A stretch of 64,000 nt of DNA from Lama guanicoe (taxonomy: Eukaryota), in NCBI GenBank assembly GCA_013239625.1, contig MU053810.1, forward strand, positions 939,320 to 1,003,319, written 5' to 3'. A program made the position numbers and the translations under genes. Of this stretch, positions 14,401 through 26,549 are shown in pieces; positions within the stretch are counted from its first letter, which is position 1; every line of letters begins with the position of its first letter. The notes beneath the pieces were generated by a model. It did no database searches. It saw only the letters and a list, made by a program, of their open reading frames with translations, and had not been told where the DNA came from.

Positions 14401-15389
14401 ATCTTGGGGTCCCATTATCACAAATAAAGTGGAGCTGATTGAACTGTGTCAAATATTAATCCAGTAGCTGTCAGCTGAAAGAATTAAAAAGTTGGCTGCG
14501 TGCAGGTCTTGCTTGGTGCCTCCGTGAGTTACAGCTGTCACTGATAATTGCTTAACAGCTCAGTTAACACAGCCACAAGTTGTTGCTTTCAGACAACTTG
14601 TATATTTGGGAAGAGATTTTGAATCATTTCAGAGAATGTACCTGAATTTCAATTCATTCTAAAAGGAGTCTCAAGCTCTTTGATGACCTTGGATTTAAAC
14701 TTTTCTTGAAATTATTTGATGTAACCTGCTCTCTCTTTTTTAAAAAACGTTTCTAGGGAATAGAATGAATCATCTTGACAGTCCAAACACACAGTGGCAA
14801 TTGTATTACATGTTCCATCAGTCAGGAAAGCAATAAGAGTTTATTGCTGCACTTAAAATATCTAATGCAAGACATAACCACTAAATTAGTTTCAAATGTT
14901 TTAAATTCCAACCATATGAAATATGGTTGGCCATGCTTAAAAAACTCAGCTGCTGCCAGCAACTGATATATAAATTTAACAGTGGGGACCAAGTTTGGGG
15001 ATTATAGGTGAAGTGGTTTAAATATGCATATAGAAAGAGCATTAGCGATGGCTGTGAAATTAGCTTTGGCCATGGCGTGGCTTACTGAAGGTTAGGGCCT
15101 GTAGCAGGGCTTAATACCTCCCTCTTCTTCCAGGACCTAATATTCATTAGCTCTCATGAATAGTTATACTTTGGAGGAGAAACTTGCAGCCAAGACCGCA
15201 ATTGCTTCAAACTTTACATGATTACTCCCGTTGATTTCCTATTTGCAGTTTCCGAGGTATAAGCCTGGATCTTTCAGTTTAGGTAGGTGCTCAGTCCTGC
15301 TCTGACAAGACCTGCATTTAGGGAGTCAGAGTTTGGGGGAATGGAATAAAAAATTTTTTAATTCATGTGCTCCTGTTCATCATTTATGG

Positions 15390-15472
15390 ATTTAATGGAG
15401 GCACTGGGGATTGAACCCAGGATTTTGTGCATGCTACGCACATACTCTACCACTGAGCCAAACCCTTCCCCC
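15390..15472 (-). mobile_element. tRNA-derived SINE (Vic-1-like)
   Basis: Reverse complement ggggaagggtttggctcagtggtagagtatgtgcgtagcatgcacaaaatcctgggttcaatccccagtgcctcca. Confidence 0.8.
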
Positions 15473-15559
15473 AAATCTGTACAATTTCTGACAAAAATAT
15501 ACACCTAAGTGTGGCACACCTTTCTCATGACATGAAACATTAGCATATGATTATGTGTC

Positions 15560-16680
15560 TAATTGTGCTTTCTATGTATTAATCCTGCTTGGGACTGGGT
15601 GAGTTCCTTGGTACTAGAAGTTGACATTATTCATCAAATTTGGGGAATTGTTGTCCATTATTTTTCATTTTTGAGAGTTTCTATTTGCACATCCTCAGGC
15701 TTAGAGATTCTTTCCTCAGCCTCGTCCAGTTTACTAATGAGCCTATTAAAGGGATTTTAAAAAGTGTGTTATGTCGTTTTGCATCTCTAGCACTTCTTTT
15801 TGATTCTTTCGTAGAATCTATCACTCTTACATTTCCCATCTGCTCTTGCATGTTGTTTACTTTTTCCATGAGAGTGCTTAGCGTATTAATCACAGTTGTT
15901 TTGATACACAGTCTGGTTATTCTAACATTTGTGCCACATCTGACTCTAGTTCTGATGCTTGTTGGTTTTTTCAGGCTGTGGGTTGTTTTCTGTTTCTTGT
16001 TTTGTTGTTGTTGTTTGCCTTTTAGTATGCCTTTTAATTTTTTTCCTAATAGCCAGATACGATGTATTGGGTAAAAAGAACTGCAGTAAATAAGCTGTTA
16101 GTAATGTGGTGGTAAGGTATGGGGGTAGGAGAGGCATCTTATGACCCTCTGATTAGGTCTTAGTCTTTCAGTGACCCTGTGCTGCTGGATTGTGAACTTT
16201 ACAAGTGCTTCTTAGGTATCCTCCCTCCCTTAGGTGGTGGAGAATGGCCAACAGGCATGGGAGTTGGGTATTTCCCCTTACTGTCAGGCTGGTTTGACTC
16301 TAAAAAACCCTAATATGTTAAAAATAGTTTCTTCTTTTTATACAAATACATCTTATTGTTTTAAATAGAATAAAAGAAGAGGCAGAAAATATTTGCATAT
16401 ATAAAATCCTAGCTTATAAATGGAGTGAAATAGTTTCTAATAAAATAGTCTCTCTTGAGGGCAGACCTTGTTAAGAACAAGACGCTCTGGCAGATTTCAG
16501 AATAATTACTTTTTCCCTTCCTCTCCCAGAAGCCCAAAGAGATTTTTCTCTCATCTTCACTGGGAGAGCTCGGTAGAGCTCCAGGAGGTAAAAGTGACCA
16601 AAGTGTGAGCCCCTCTCCCTTTACTGGATCCCGCTGGAGTTTTTAACTCTTAGGCTTGTCCATGCTGAGGCTCTAGCAAC
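15560..16680 (-). mobile_element. Old L1 ORF1/5' fragment
   Basis: ORF 15681-15893 (MINTLSTLMEKVNNMQEQMGNV) resembles the L1M ORF1 coiled coil. Confidence 0.7.
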
Positions 16681-17919
16681 TTCAGAATAAGGCAGGGAAG
16701 GACAGGTAGACCAGGACTAGGTTGATAGGAATTTAGATTTTATTTCAGATATGATTGGATGTTCTTAGAAGTTTTTCATCAGAAGTGACGGGATCTGATT
16801 TACAATTTTAAAAGGGTTTTCCGATCACTTTATGGAGACAGGAATGTGGTATGATGAGTGGGACAGATGTAGAAGTTGGGGAACCAGCTAGGGGGTTGTT
16901 GCATCTTTCAAATGAGAGCTGATATGGTCTGAAAGTCAGTGATGCAGCTGTCTCTGTTTTGAAACCAGCCTAGGATATTCCCAGAGAAGGGGAAAGCAGA
17001 AGGGGCAAAATTTAGACCATTCAGTCTAGATTATTGCCCTCTGAAGGCAATAGATCATTGACTCTCCACTCTAAGCCCCTGGAATAAATATTATGTGCCA
17101 GAAAGCAATGCCTTTATATTTAGCTTTATTTTTATTACCTCTCTAGTCCTGCCAAGAGAACTGTCACTTTCTAGACCTGTATCATATTTCTCAATTCTGT
17201 ACTTCGACACATGACATTTCTTCCCATTTGAAATTTATTTTCTTTGTACATTTAAACATTTGTTTTTGAGATCTCATTCACATGCTCCTGAGGACCTTTT
17301 TTCCTTCCTCTCACTTCTGGTGCCATTTTATTATTATATTTTCCAAGGTGTATGCTATATGTTAGTTTACACTGTGCTATTTCCTATTGTCAAGTATTAT
17401 GAACAGTCTGAGGATTTATCCTAATTGCATGCTAACAAGTTAGCAATTCGCAATGTCAAGGGTCCTGGCAGAGGACATGAAAGTCCTGGGTCAGAGACAA
17501 AGGACTTGGGTACCTGTGACATAGCAGACAGCATGAGCTTTGTGTTTTGTTGGTTCATCTCGCTCCCCGATTCCCATGGGAGTGACACAGAGAAGCCCAG
17601 GTGGATGTTGTGGACTCAGGGGCTTTATGTCACAGTTGAGGAACCCCAAACTCACAAATCTGAATATATTTTTAATGGGCTACAAGTAAGTCTTCTACAC
17701 TCTCTCTCTTTGAACAGGGACATTGTATTTTTAGATTGGACAATCAACAAACCTGCCCTCTATTCTATCTTCCAACCTGATCACTCTACAAATCCATCTT
17801 TGAAAAGATAGTCTGAAACAAAATGGCACGTGTCTCTGCTCACAACATGTGCGGAGTCATGAGTGAGCCTGGGTGAATTTTCTCCCGATGTCATTAGTGC
17901 AAAGACCAAGCTCCACGTG

Positions 17920-18293
17920 TGCTAGTATAGACTGAATGTTTGTGTCCCCTCCAGATTCATATGGTGAAATTCTAACTCCCAAAGTGTTACTGTGAGGAAT
18001 GTTGAGAGGTAATTCGGACATGAGGGCACCGCCCTCATGAATGGGGTTAGTGCCTTATAAAAAGAGACTCAATAGAACTGAGAGCTTGCTTCCTCTCTCT
18101 GCTGTCTGCCGGTTGAGAACACAGCAAGCAGACAGCCATCTGCAAACTAAGAAGGGTGTCTTCACTTAGAACGTGAGCATGCCAGCACCCTCGTCTCTGA
18201 CATCAGCCTCCAAAACCGTAAGAAATAAATGTCTGTTGCTGAAGCCACCCAGTCTAAGGCATTTTTGTTACAGCAACCCAACCTGACAAAGAC
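17920..18293 (+). mobile_element. MLT1A-like MaLR solo LTR
   Basis: tg...gactgaatgtttgtgtccc start; gccctcatgaatggg; agaaataaat...aagccacccagtcta; ends aagaca. Confidence 0.85.
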
Positions 18294-21200
18294 ACATGCT
18301 TATGTCACCATATCCCTAACACAGGGCCTATATGCTAGTGGCCCGAGAAATATGAATTGAGTAAATTTTTAAAAACTTGATTACATTGCCTCTAACAGCT
18401 GTCTACATATACCCAGATCCTACCATTATAGATTAATACCAACTTAGTATGTGAGTATATATATATATATTTTTTTAAACTTTGTTTTTTTTTAAAGCTT
18501 TTCACTTTACTTGCAACACACCTTATGATTTAGCTATCTGAAAAGGTTAAGCAAACTGTGACAGGTGATTTCAAAACGGATCTGTATTTCTAGAATGGTA
18601 GCTGTAATTCTTTAAATGCCAAGGCTAAAACAGCACCATGATTGTTTTGTATAAAGGTGACCTTTATCACACTGAAGAAAGAGGGAATAGATTTTTCTGT
18701 TACCTGGTGTAAAAGGTTTACGATAATCCAGCAGTAAGTTCTTTGATATGTCTAAGTTAAATTAATGATAGGTTAAGATATAGTAAGAGTAACAATAGTT
18801 TTCAAGCAGAAAATTAGGTCACACTATCTGAAAAGCATAAACATACTTCTCGGGACAGAAGGACTGGAAAATTTAGGGAAGTATGAACAGATGCACACGG
18901 GTCTACATGATTTTAAGGTGCATCACTAATTCCATTTCGTGGGTTATTTGTTTCACAAAGCCCCTTGAAGATAATGAAATTTATCTATAGATTTAGATAT
19001 AAATAATATAAACATAAACATGTTTTACTATAAATGATGACATATAAGGAGTACTTGGTCGTTGTATTTTTATTTTTTAATTAGTTTTGTTTTTATCAAA
19101 GTAATATATGCACTTATTAAAATGCCAAGCTTACCCAAAGTAAGAGAGGTTTGCCACCCTAATCCCCTCCAACCCTTAGTCTCTTTAAGCAAAGGCAATA
19201 ACTTTTAACTCTCTTGCTATTTTTTTCTGTCATTTACATCCATATTTTAAAACAACATGCAAATGTTATTTCTTAATGATTGATTTTAGACTTTAGTTAC
19301 TTCCTGTTATGGTAGTTGACAACATGTCTCTCTTAGACTGCCTTACTCATTTCCCATCACACCCACTGTCTTGATGAACTGTCTTTGGTTTTTACTTATG
19401 CCAGCAGTCAGTGCTCACCTTCCCATGTGAACATTGTTGATGGCCTTCTTTCTGGCACAACCTTTTGTTTTTCTTCTGGAATCAATGGTGTCTCTGTCTC
19501 TTCTCTTTTTCCTCTTCCTCCTTAGAAATCCTGTCTCTTGAATCCTGTCTTCCTCTCTTGTTGTTTTTTTTTTCCTACCTTGTTCTGTTCTAGCACATTC
19601 TACTGTAGCTTACTATGGAAAAGAGCATCCATGATACATTTTCTTCAGTCCTTGCAAGCTCTGAAATCTCTTCATTTTAAACTTATAACTTGATTGACAG
19701 TTTGGATTCAAAATTCTATGTTGAAAGTGATTTTCCCTCAAAATTTTGATATGACCAATTCATTGCTTCCATATCCCCGTTGTTGCAGCTGAGAAATCCA
19801 GGCCCATTTTGATTCTTTGTTATGTAACATGTATTTTCTTACATGAATATATAGCCAAATACAATTTTATGTATAATATATGTATGAACATACATCATAT
19901 ATAAAAATGTTTCATTCTGAAATATTTTAAAAACTATGGAAAAGTCATAGAAATAGTACAAATAATTCTTGTACATCCCTCACTCAGATTCTAGATTTTT
20001 TAAATTATTTTCTTAGACATTTACTCTATTTTTCCTAATTTTTTTTTTTTTTTGGAACACCTGTTAGTGGGATATTGGATATCCTGGGTCAATGCTCAAA
20101 TTTTCTTTTCTCTTCCATTTTCCTGTTTTGGTGTTTTTCATCCACTTCCTGGTAGATTTTGTTTTATCTTTTATCACCTCTATTACTTTCTTATTTCAGT
20201 TAGTTAAATTTTTTTTTAATTCCAAGGATTTTCTGGTTCTTTGACTGTTTCTTTGCTCTAGCAATCTGTTCTTACTGTTGTTTATCAGATGTGCTATCTT
20301 AATATCGTCGCTTATTTCCCTAATGTTATTTTTTTATATCTTCTGTTACTATGTTATTAGCTATTTCTAAAAAAGGTATCTCTGCTTGTTTGAGTTGATC
20401 TGTCTGTTTCAAGTGAGAGGCTGTATCTGTTAGGATCCTGGCAGGTAATAGCTGGCTCACTTAGGAAGAGATGTTTGCGGGGTTAAGGGTGAACAACAAG
20501 GGATGGTGAAAAAGCAGAAGTTTATAGCAGCAAAGAGCAGTTACTGCCCCTTGCCCCAAAGGGCTATGGAGGGAGACATTACTGGGACCTGGAGAGAGCA
20601 CTGGTTAGTCATAGCTGGAGGAGAGGGTTGCCTAAAAGTTGTTACTAAAAAAAAAAATCATTACTATATTTTTTTTCTTGAGCTCGATATATATTTTTTT
20701 CTCATTAAAGGTTCAAAACCAAAAGCAATTTCTCTTTGCAGCAAATATACATTAAAATAGAGTCTCTGTACAGCCAAGGGCTCTGGGCCCTGGCTTGCCC
20801 CATGTCCCTGCCCCCTCCCTGGCCAAACCCAAAAATAAATACAGCGTTATTGCTCTGCAGGGCATAGAGGCAGTGCGCTCCCTGCCCCCTGAAGAGGCTG
20901 GGGGGGGAGCTGATGGGGGAGTCCTGGCCACCCCAGGGGTCCAGGGGCTGGAGCCTGCTTGGAGTTACTGCTTCAAGGGAGGGCAGTAATGCCCAATGCA
21001 AATGATGAGGAGAGGAGCGAAGGGAGCGGGGGCTTTGCTCTCCAAATCCCACTCTTCCAGAGAGGAAGTCAGATTAAGCAGCAGCAAAAGCATCACCCAC
21101 TGGGAGACTGGCTTCCACCCCCTTCCCTCCCCGAGATCAGGCTTCTGCCCCCTCCCACGTCCCCTGCCGCCCCCTATGGCTTCCGCAAGGCCACCTACAC

Positions 21201-21559
21201 TCTCGGGGCACGTTATGGCTTGCGAGGGGCAGCACTGTGCCCAGAGCCTGGACACGCACATTCCCAGCTTCTAACACCCTCTAGGATGGGGGAGGGGAGG
21301 GCATAGGGCCTGCTCCCAGGGGCTGATGGTGTTGCCCTGGCCCTGCCAGCAGGCTGTGGCACTGCCCAGACCCCGGCTCTGCCCATTCGGGGCTGACTCC
21401 ATTGTGGGAGGGTCCTGCCAGCACCCCCACCCGTGCCCACCCCTTGCCTCAGTCCATCATGGCCTGGAGCATCTCCAAGAACAGTTTGTGCATGGGCACC
21501 TTTCCCTCCAGCTTCACTGCATAGAAATGGGCCAGCACTTTGCCCGCTCTCTGGCGAAG

Positions 21560-22470
21560 GAGCGGTAACGTGAGCAGCAGCCTGCCTGCCCGCCGCCGCT
21601 CAGCACCCGCTCCGGGCCCGCGCGCCAGCTTCAGACTCCAGCCGGGCTTCGTGTAGAGCTGCTCGCAGCCGCTCCGCAGAGGGTAGCCACGGCCGGGAGG
21701 CGTCCGTCAGGGCCCGCTGGGTCGGGCGCGGCACACAGCTTCTCGGGCTCAACCACCGGCAGGTGGGACACCAGTGCACTCACTGGGGCTGCCTTCCGAG
21801 GGCCTCCCGCCACTGCCAGAGGACCAGCGGGGAAGGGGCCCGGGACGGGCAGTGGGTCCACCTCGGGCCGCCGCTTGTACCTCTGTCGCCCACCCCGGAC
21901 ACGGTCCGGACGTACCCCTCCTTGGGCACGCCCAGCCGCAGGCACCTGGTGAAGCGACAGGCCTGGCGGGCCTCGCGTCCCCGCTGGGTGATCTCGCACT
22001 CGGAGGCCGGACGGCTGTGCCGGATGCTCCCCTGGATGGGCCTCTTGAAGAAGGCTTTGCAGGCCTCACAGGATGCCACCCCACAGTGGCAGCCGGAGGC
22101 CACACCCCCACAGACCAGGCGGAGGCGTCTGGGCAGGGAGCTGAGCGCCAGCTTCCCGCCACCCTGCTCGCCAGGCCCAGGCCCCACCCTCCTCCTCTTC
22201 GTGGCCTGGGAGGCGGCGGGTGGGAGCTGGGCCAGGGGCCTCAGTCTCCGGGAACCCTGTGGGCTGTCAGGGCTGGCCGGCTCTGCCTTGACGTAGAGAG
22301 GCTCAACGCNNNNNNNNNNNNNNNNNNNNNNNNNNNNNNNNNNNNNNNCTCCGGCAGGGCGGGCGGGCGGGCATGGGGGCCGAGCGGCCAGGAGAGCCGG
22401 GGTGGGCTGGGCTCCTCCGCCGCCGCCGAGATGCGTCCCCTCCCTCCTTGGCGCCCCGGCGGCTTGTAGG
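21560..22470. promoter_or_regulatory. CpG-island-like GC-rich segment (within ESRRA retrocopy)
   Basis: Dense CpG and very high GC by eye against AT-rich, CpG-poor flanks. Regulatory activity not shown. Confidence 0.6.
22310..22348. other. Assembly gap (39 N)
   Basis: Run of N inside the GC-rich ESRRA retrocopy, covering the expected start-codon region. Confidence 1.
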
Positions 22471-24679
22471 ACACGAAAACCTACTATATTGTCTAATAAG
22501 GGAATGCTGCTACTGATACAGCCTGCAGCCCAGCAGAGAGGGAGATTTGACTCCACCTGCCGTCTCTGGCTGATGTCTCCCCCCAGTCACCGAATCCACA
22601 CGGGAGACAGAATTCAGGAGCCTGGGAGGTGGTCTCCAGGTCGCGGCCTCCTGGGTCACACCGCAGTGTAGAGCAGGAAGCGGGTGGCTCTGGAGAGGGT
22701 TCTAGAGGGACAAGTGGCAAGTATCTAGCACTAAGCCTCCTTAAAATCTTAATGATCCTTCGCTTTGCACTTGCCTAGAAATTCATGAGTCTGAACACTA
22801 TATGGTACAATGAAAAAATACTGCTTTGTAGTTACCCTATAGGTGGCTCATCATTGTATAGTGTTTTGGTCACTTCTTTGTCATTTAAAACGAGGAGTGG
22901 TGTTACTGTTTCTAACATGGCCTTCTATACCTGGTGGGGATATATGTACATTCATCACCTCTTGTTCTGCTCATTCTCTGGCAACAGTGCTCATATACTG
23001 AAATTGCAAAGCAGGGGAGGGAAAGAAAGGAAGGGGATGAATTACCCACCCTTCAGTGATTGAGAGTTGGCTGCACCAGACGCGACCAAAAGAAATCTGC
23101 CCCGTGTCCATTTGAATCAAACATATTTATAACTCAGTCCTTTACGTTTGTAACTTAACAACTGAATTAGTTCCATTTAACTGACAGCAGATGGTGTGTG
23201 ATTATTGCCTTCCTAAAAATAATAATTAAAAAAAGCCCGTCAATACTTGTTAAATATGGATTAAGCCAAGGGTTACTGCGACTGCTTGGGTTTTCATTAA
23301 TACAGTTCATTCCATCTGAATTTGGCAATTAAAATGTGTGGAAATCACACAGATTACACATGCATTGTGCATCTTGGCATCTCCGCTTCAAAATGAAGAA
23401 GTTGCAGAGTGTATTCCTCCTGGAAATGGAACTTATTTTTGCTATTTAAGTTAGAAAATAAAATTGTCCCTGTGTAGACATAGGCGGTAGTTTGCATATT
23501 TTAAGAGTGATTATGTTGCTAGGATGCTGTCCTCCAGCTCGGGGGCCGAGGAGGGTTTGCAGCCTGTGCATCTGGCCCGCATCCTCTCCGGTGGAAAGGA
23601 AGGCAGCTCCAGGCTACGGCAAACACGGACTCGCTTACCATCCAAGCAGCAGCTTGAATGTAAATGATATCTTCAACTCTTTAGAAACTGTAACCATGTT
23701 TTCTTTAAAGGTAAATTATTATCCAGCAGGTGTGTCATCCAGTTCAGAAGAATCGAAGTTCCTTTTTAAAACTGACTCTTTGGGTTGAAACTGTAGTAAC
23801 TGTCCTATCGTTTGGACATTTTCAAGATGAAATGGATGTTTGATGGACTGAAACCTGGTGCACTGTATGTTGTAGGAAAAACAATGCAAGTCATTTTTTC
23901 TCAGCCTTGAGGGATTTTGTGTGTGAGTGTGTGTGTGTGTGTGTTTAATGAGAGTTGACTTTTTAGAGAGTTTGGTTGTTACTGTTTTCAGGACTTTGCC
24001 TCGCCTTTCATCTTCATGATGTTTTTTCGGGAAATCTCTGTTTCAGGCGTGGAGCAGGGGTGGTCCGCACTGAAGCTCCCTTTCCTCCCTCCAGGGCTCA
24101 ATTGATCTTTCTGCTCAGTGGATCCATCACTTCCTGCTCAGCTCCTGAGAGATCATCACTCATTTTTCCTCCTGACTGGCTGAGATGCCTCTTTCTTCAA
24201 TTTAGAAAAACAACTTTTGCCAGTGATTTATTTTTTTAAAGAAAGTTTTTAGAAGGAGTGTGTGTGGTCTGTTAACACCCTGAGGTTCAAGAACAGAATA
24301 GGACATATCGGAATGGGAACAGATACAGAAAAAAATACAGGACGGCTGTAAAGGCAGATGAACTTTGTAATTTGAAGGAAATTTCCAAAGAAGCAGGACA
24401 GAAATCCCCATGGTCCCTCATCTAAAGCTGGTCTGACACAAATTAGGGAACATAATACGTTGAACTGTATATAGTTTTTGTAGAAAATCAGCAACTGCAT
24501 ATCAGCAACTTTATTTGATACAACATGATAGTTTAAATTTTTTTTTTAATTAGAATGAACAGGCCTTGGTAACTTACTGTTTTTGGTGGTGAAACAGGAA
24601 GGAGTTAAGTGACTTTGATCAATGTTGATCTTTGGTATTTATCTTGGATTTAAATTCATGGTCATTAACATCAATAAAG

Positions 24680-24925
24680 ACAATAGCTAACGCATAATAA
24701 CATTGTTTCAGGCACAATTCTATGCTGTGTATGTATCTCTTTATCTTTCTCTTTATTCATCTATCTAATCATTGACTCCTCTAGTCTTTGAGAAAGTATT
24801 ATTATTATTCTTGTTTTACGGAGGGTCAGAGAGGGGTTAGCTAATTCGCCCAAATCATGTAGGTGAAAGCTGGTGGAAGCCAGGTTCTCACTTATGCTCT
24901 CTGGCTCCAGAGTCCGGCCCCTAAG
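24680..24925 (-). mobile_element. MIR SINE remnant
   Basis: caatagctaac ... attattattcttgttttac ... ggtcagagaggggttagctaattcgcccaaatca ... ctggctccagagtc core. Confidence 0.6.
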
Positions 24926-25099
24926 CCCCATGTCGTCTCCCAGTGGGCTCTGAATCCCACCCCCATCATATACTTGTCCCTGGTGCACTTCATCTCTCCT
25001 CCTCTCCAGTGGGACTATTTAAACATCTCTCTCCTGGAGCCTCCAGTACCTCCTCTCCTATGCGCATTCTCAGCTCATGACTGCTTTCTAGATCGCTAA

Positions 25100-26235
25100 G
25101 AAAACCGAAGTAATCCGAAGAGAATTTGTGTATGCTCCAGCACTGTTAACACCCTGCCCTCCTAAATCCGCATCTGTGTTTATACTCTGCCACCTCTCCA
25201 GTGACTGTGGATCAGCTGTCCCACTTCAACTGGCCCCGGACACTACAGGACGCCCGCCTTGATCCACACAGCGACACTCCTGCGACAGGTTGCTGCTCTT
25301 TGGCATCGTTAATTTGACCTTTCTTCTGGGTTAGTCTCAAAGACATACAAGCATGTTTTCATTTCTCTCTTCTTAAAAAAAAGAAGCTATTACCTCACAC
25401 CTTTTTAAAAATATATTTTTTTATTGAAGTACAGTCAATTCACAATGTTGTGTCAATTTCTGGTGTACAGCACAATGCTTCAGTCACATAGGAACATGTA
25501 TTCGTTCTCATATTCTTTTCACCATGTTACTACAAGATACTGGATATGGTTCCCTGTGCTATACAGTATAAACTTGTTGTTTATCTATTTTATATATATA
25601 TACTCACAGACATAGAAAACAAACTTATGGTCACCAGAGAGGGAAGAGGATGGGAAGAGATAGATTGAGAGTTTGAGATTTGCAGATACTAACCTCATAC
25701 CTTTTTTTTTTCAGTTGCTCTCTCACTTTCTTCCCCACTATGATAAAACTCTCAGAAAGAGTTACCTATAATCACTTCCCCAAATGCCTCTCCTCCCCAT
25801 TCAGTTTTGAACTCTGAGTAAGCGCTTGTCTGCAGCTCCCGACAAAGTCACCAGTGACTTCCGCACTGGGGCCGTATCCCTCGGTTCCTTCTTTTCTCAG
25901 TCGATGTCTCCGCTGCATTTGGCGTCTTGAGTTCCTGCTTTGATTCAGTTTCTGGAAGGCCACGCTGTCCTGGCTTTCTCCCTGCCTTCCCGCTTGTTGC
26001 CTCTCTGCCACTTTTGTTCCTTATCTTTCTGACCTTGAAACGCTGGAGTGGTCCAGGATTCAGTTTCTTTTTCTCTTTACACTAACCTCAGGGCTTCCAT
26101 CCTTTCTCATGCCTTTCAATATTGTTTGTATCAGCTTTTCTCGGGGGCCGTTTCAGATCCCATTGGACTACCTTTTGTTTCAGCTCTGCATTGCCTTCAA
26201 CCTGCACATCTGCATCTTTTGTTTTGGGCTCCCTG
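25100..26235 (+). mobile_element. L2 remnant
   Basis: aaagtcaccagtgacttcc ... gcatttggcg ... tcctggctttctcc, typical of the L2 3' region. Confidence 0.55.
25407..25691 (-). mobile_element. Short L1 3' end with 5' inversion, inserted in an L2
   Basis: 25407-25600 is the L1 3' terminus on the minus strand; 25601-25691 is the adjacent upstream L1 segment in plus orientation. TSD acctca(c/t)accttttt at 25392-25406 and 25692-25706. Confidence 0.8.
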
Positions 26236-26237
26236 CA

Positions 26238-26549
26238 TGCCGTAGACTGTGTCCTCATAAAATTCATATGTTGAAACCAAATCCCCAAGATCTGGGAGAT
26301 GAACAGGTCATGGTGAGTGAAGTTGGTGCCCTTATAAAGAAGACCTCAGATGGCTTCCTTATCTCTTCTTCATGTGAGGGCACGGAGACCATGGCTGCCT
26401 GTGGACCAGGAAATGAGCCCTCACCGGACACTCAATGTGCCGACACGTTTGGCTTGGACCTCTCAGCCTCTGGAAGTAGGAGAAATAAGTTCTGATCGTA
26501 AGCCACCCAGTCTAGTGTTTTGTTACGGAAGTCCAAATGGACTGAGACA
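26238..26549 (+). mobile_element. MLT1A-like MaLR solo LTR
   Basis: aaattcatatgttgaa; gcccttataaaga; agaaataagttctg...aagccacccagtcta; ends gagaca. Confidence 0.8.

Larger units (their letters stand above)
20671..22481 (-). pseudogene. ESRRA: Processed pseudogene of estrogen-related receptor alpha (ESRRA)
   Basis: Intronless remnants across several frames: [15 protein letters not shown], zinc-finger [25 protein letters not shown] and C-terminal [17 protein letters not shown] (stop 21449-21451). 5'UTR- and 3'UTR-like sequence present. Short poly(A) remnant at about 20669-20679. TSD tactatatt at 20662-20670 and 22482-22490. Frameshifts, Cys-to-Arg changes and a large LBD deletion. Confidence 0.95.

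Noticed and set aside
905..15472. The two tRNA-like sequences (905-1043, 15390-15472) as tRNA genes
   Set aside because: Degenerate stems and A-rich or simple-repeat tails indicate SINEs.
20705..22720. Dense overlapping long ORFs on both strands
   Set aside because: A by-product of high GC (few stops) in the ESRRA retrocopy. The true frames are broken by frameshifts, lost zinc-finger cysteines and the LBD deletion.
20430..22732. ESRRA retrocopy flanks resembling two halves of one ancient LTR
   Set aside because: Plausible, but too degenerate for me to name or bound confidently.
23050..23480. Repeat-free AT-rich stretch resembling a conserved non-coding enhancer
   Set aside because: Conservation cannot be judged without alignments.
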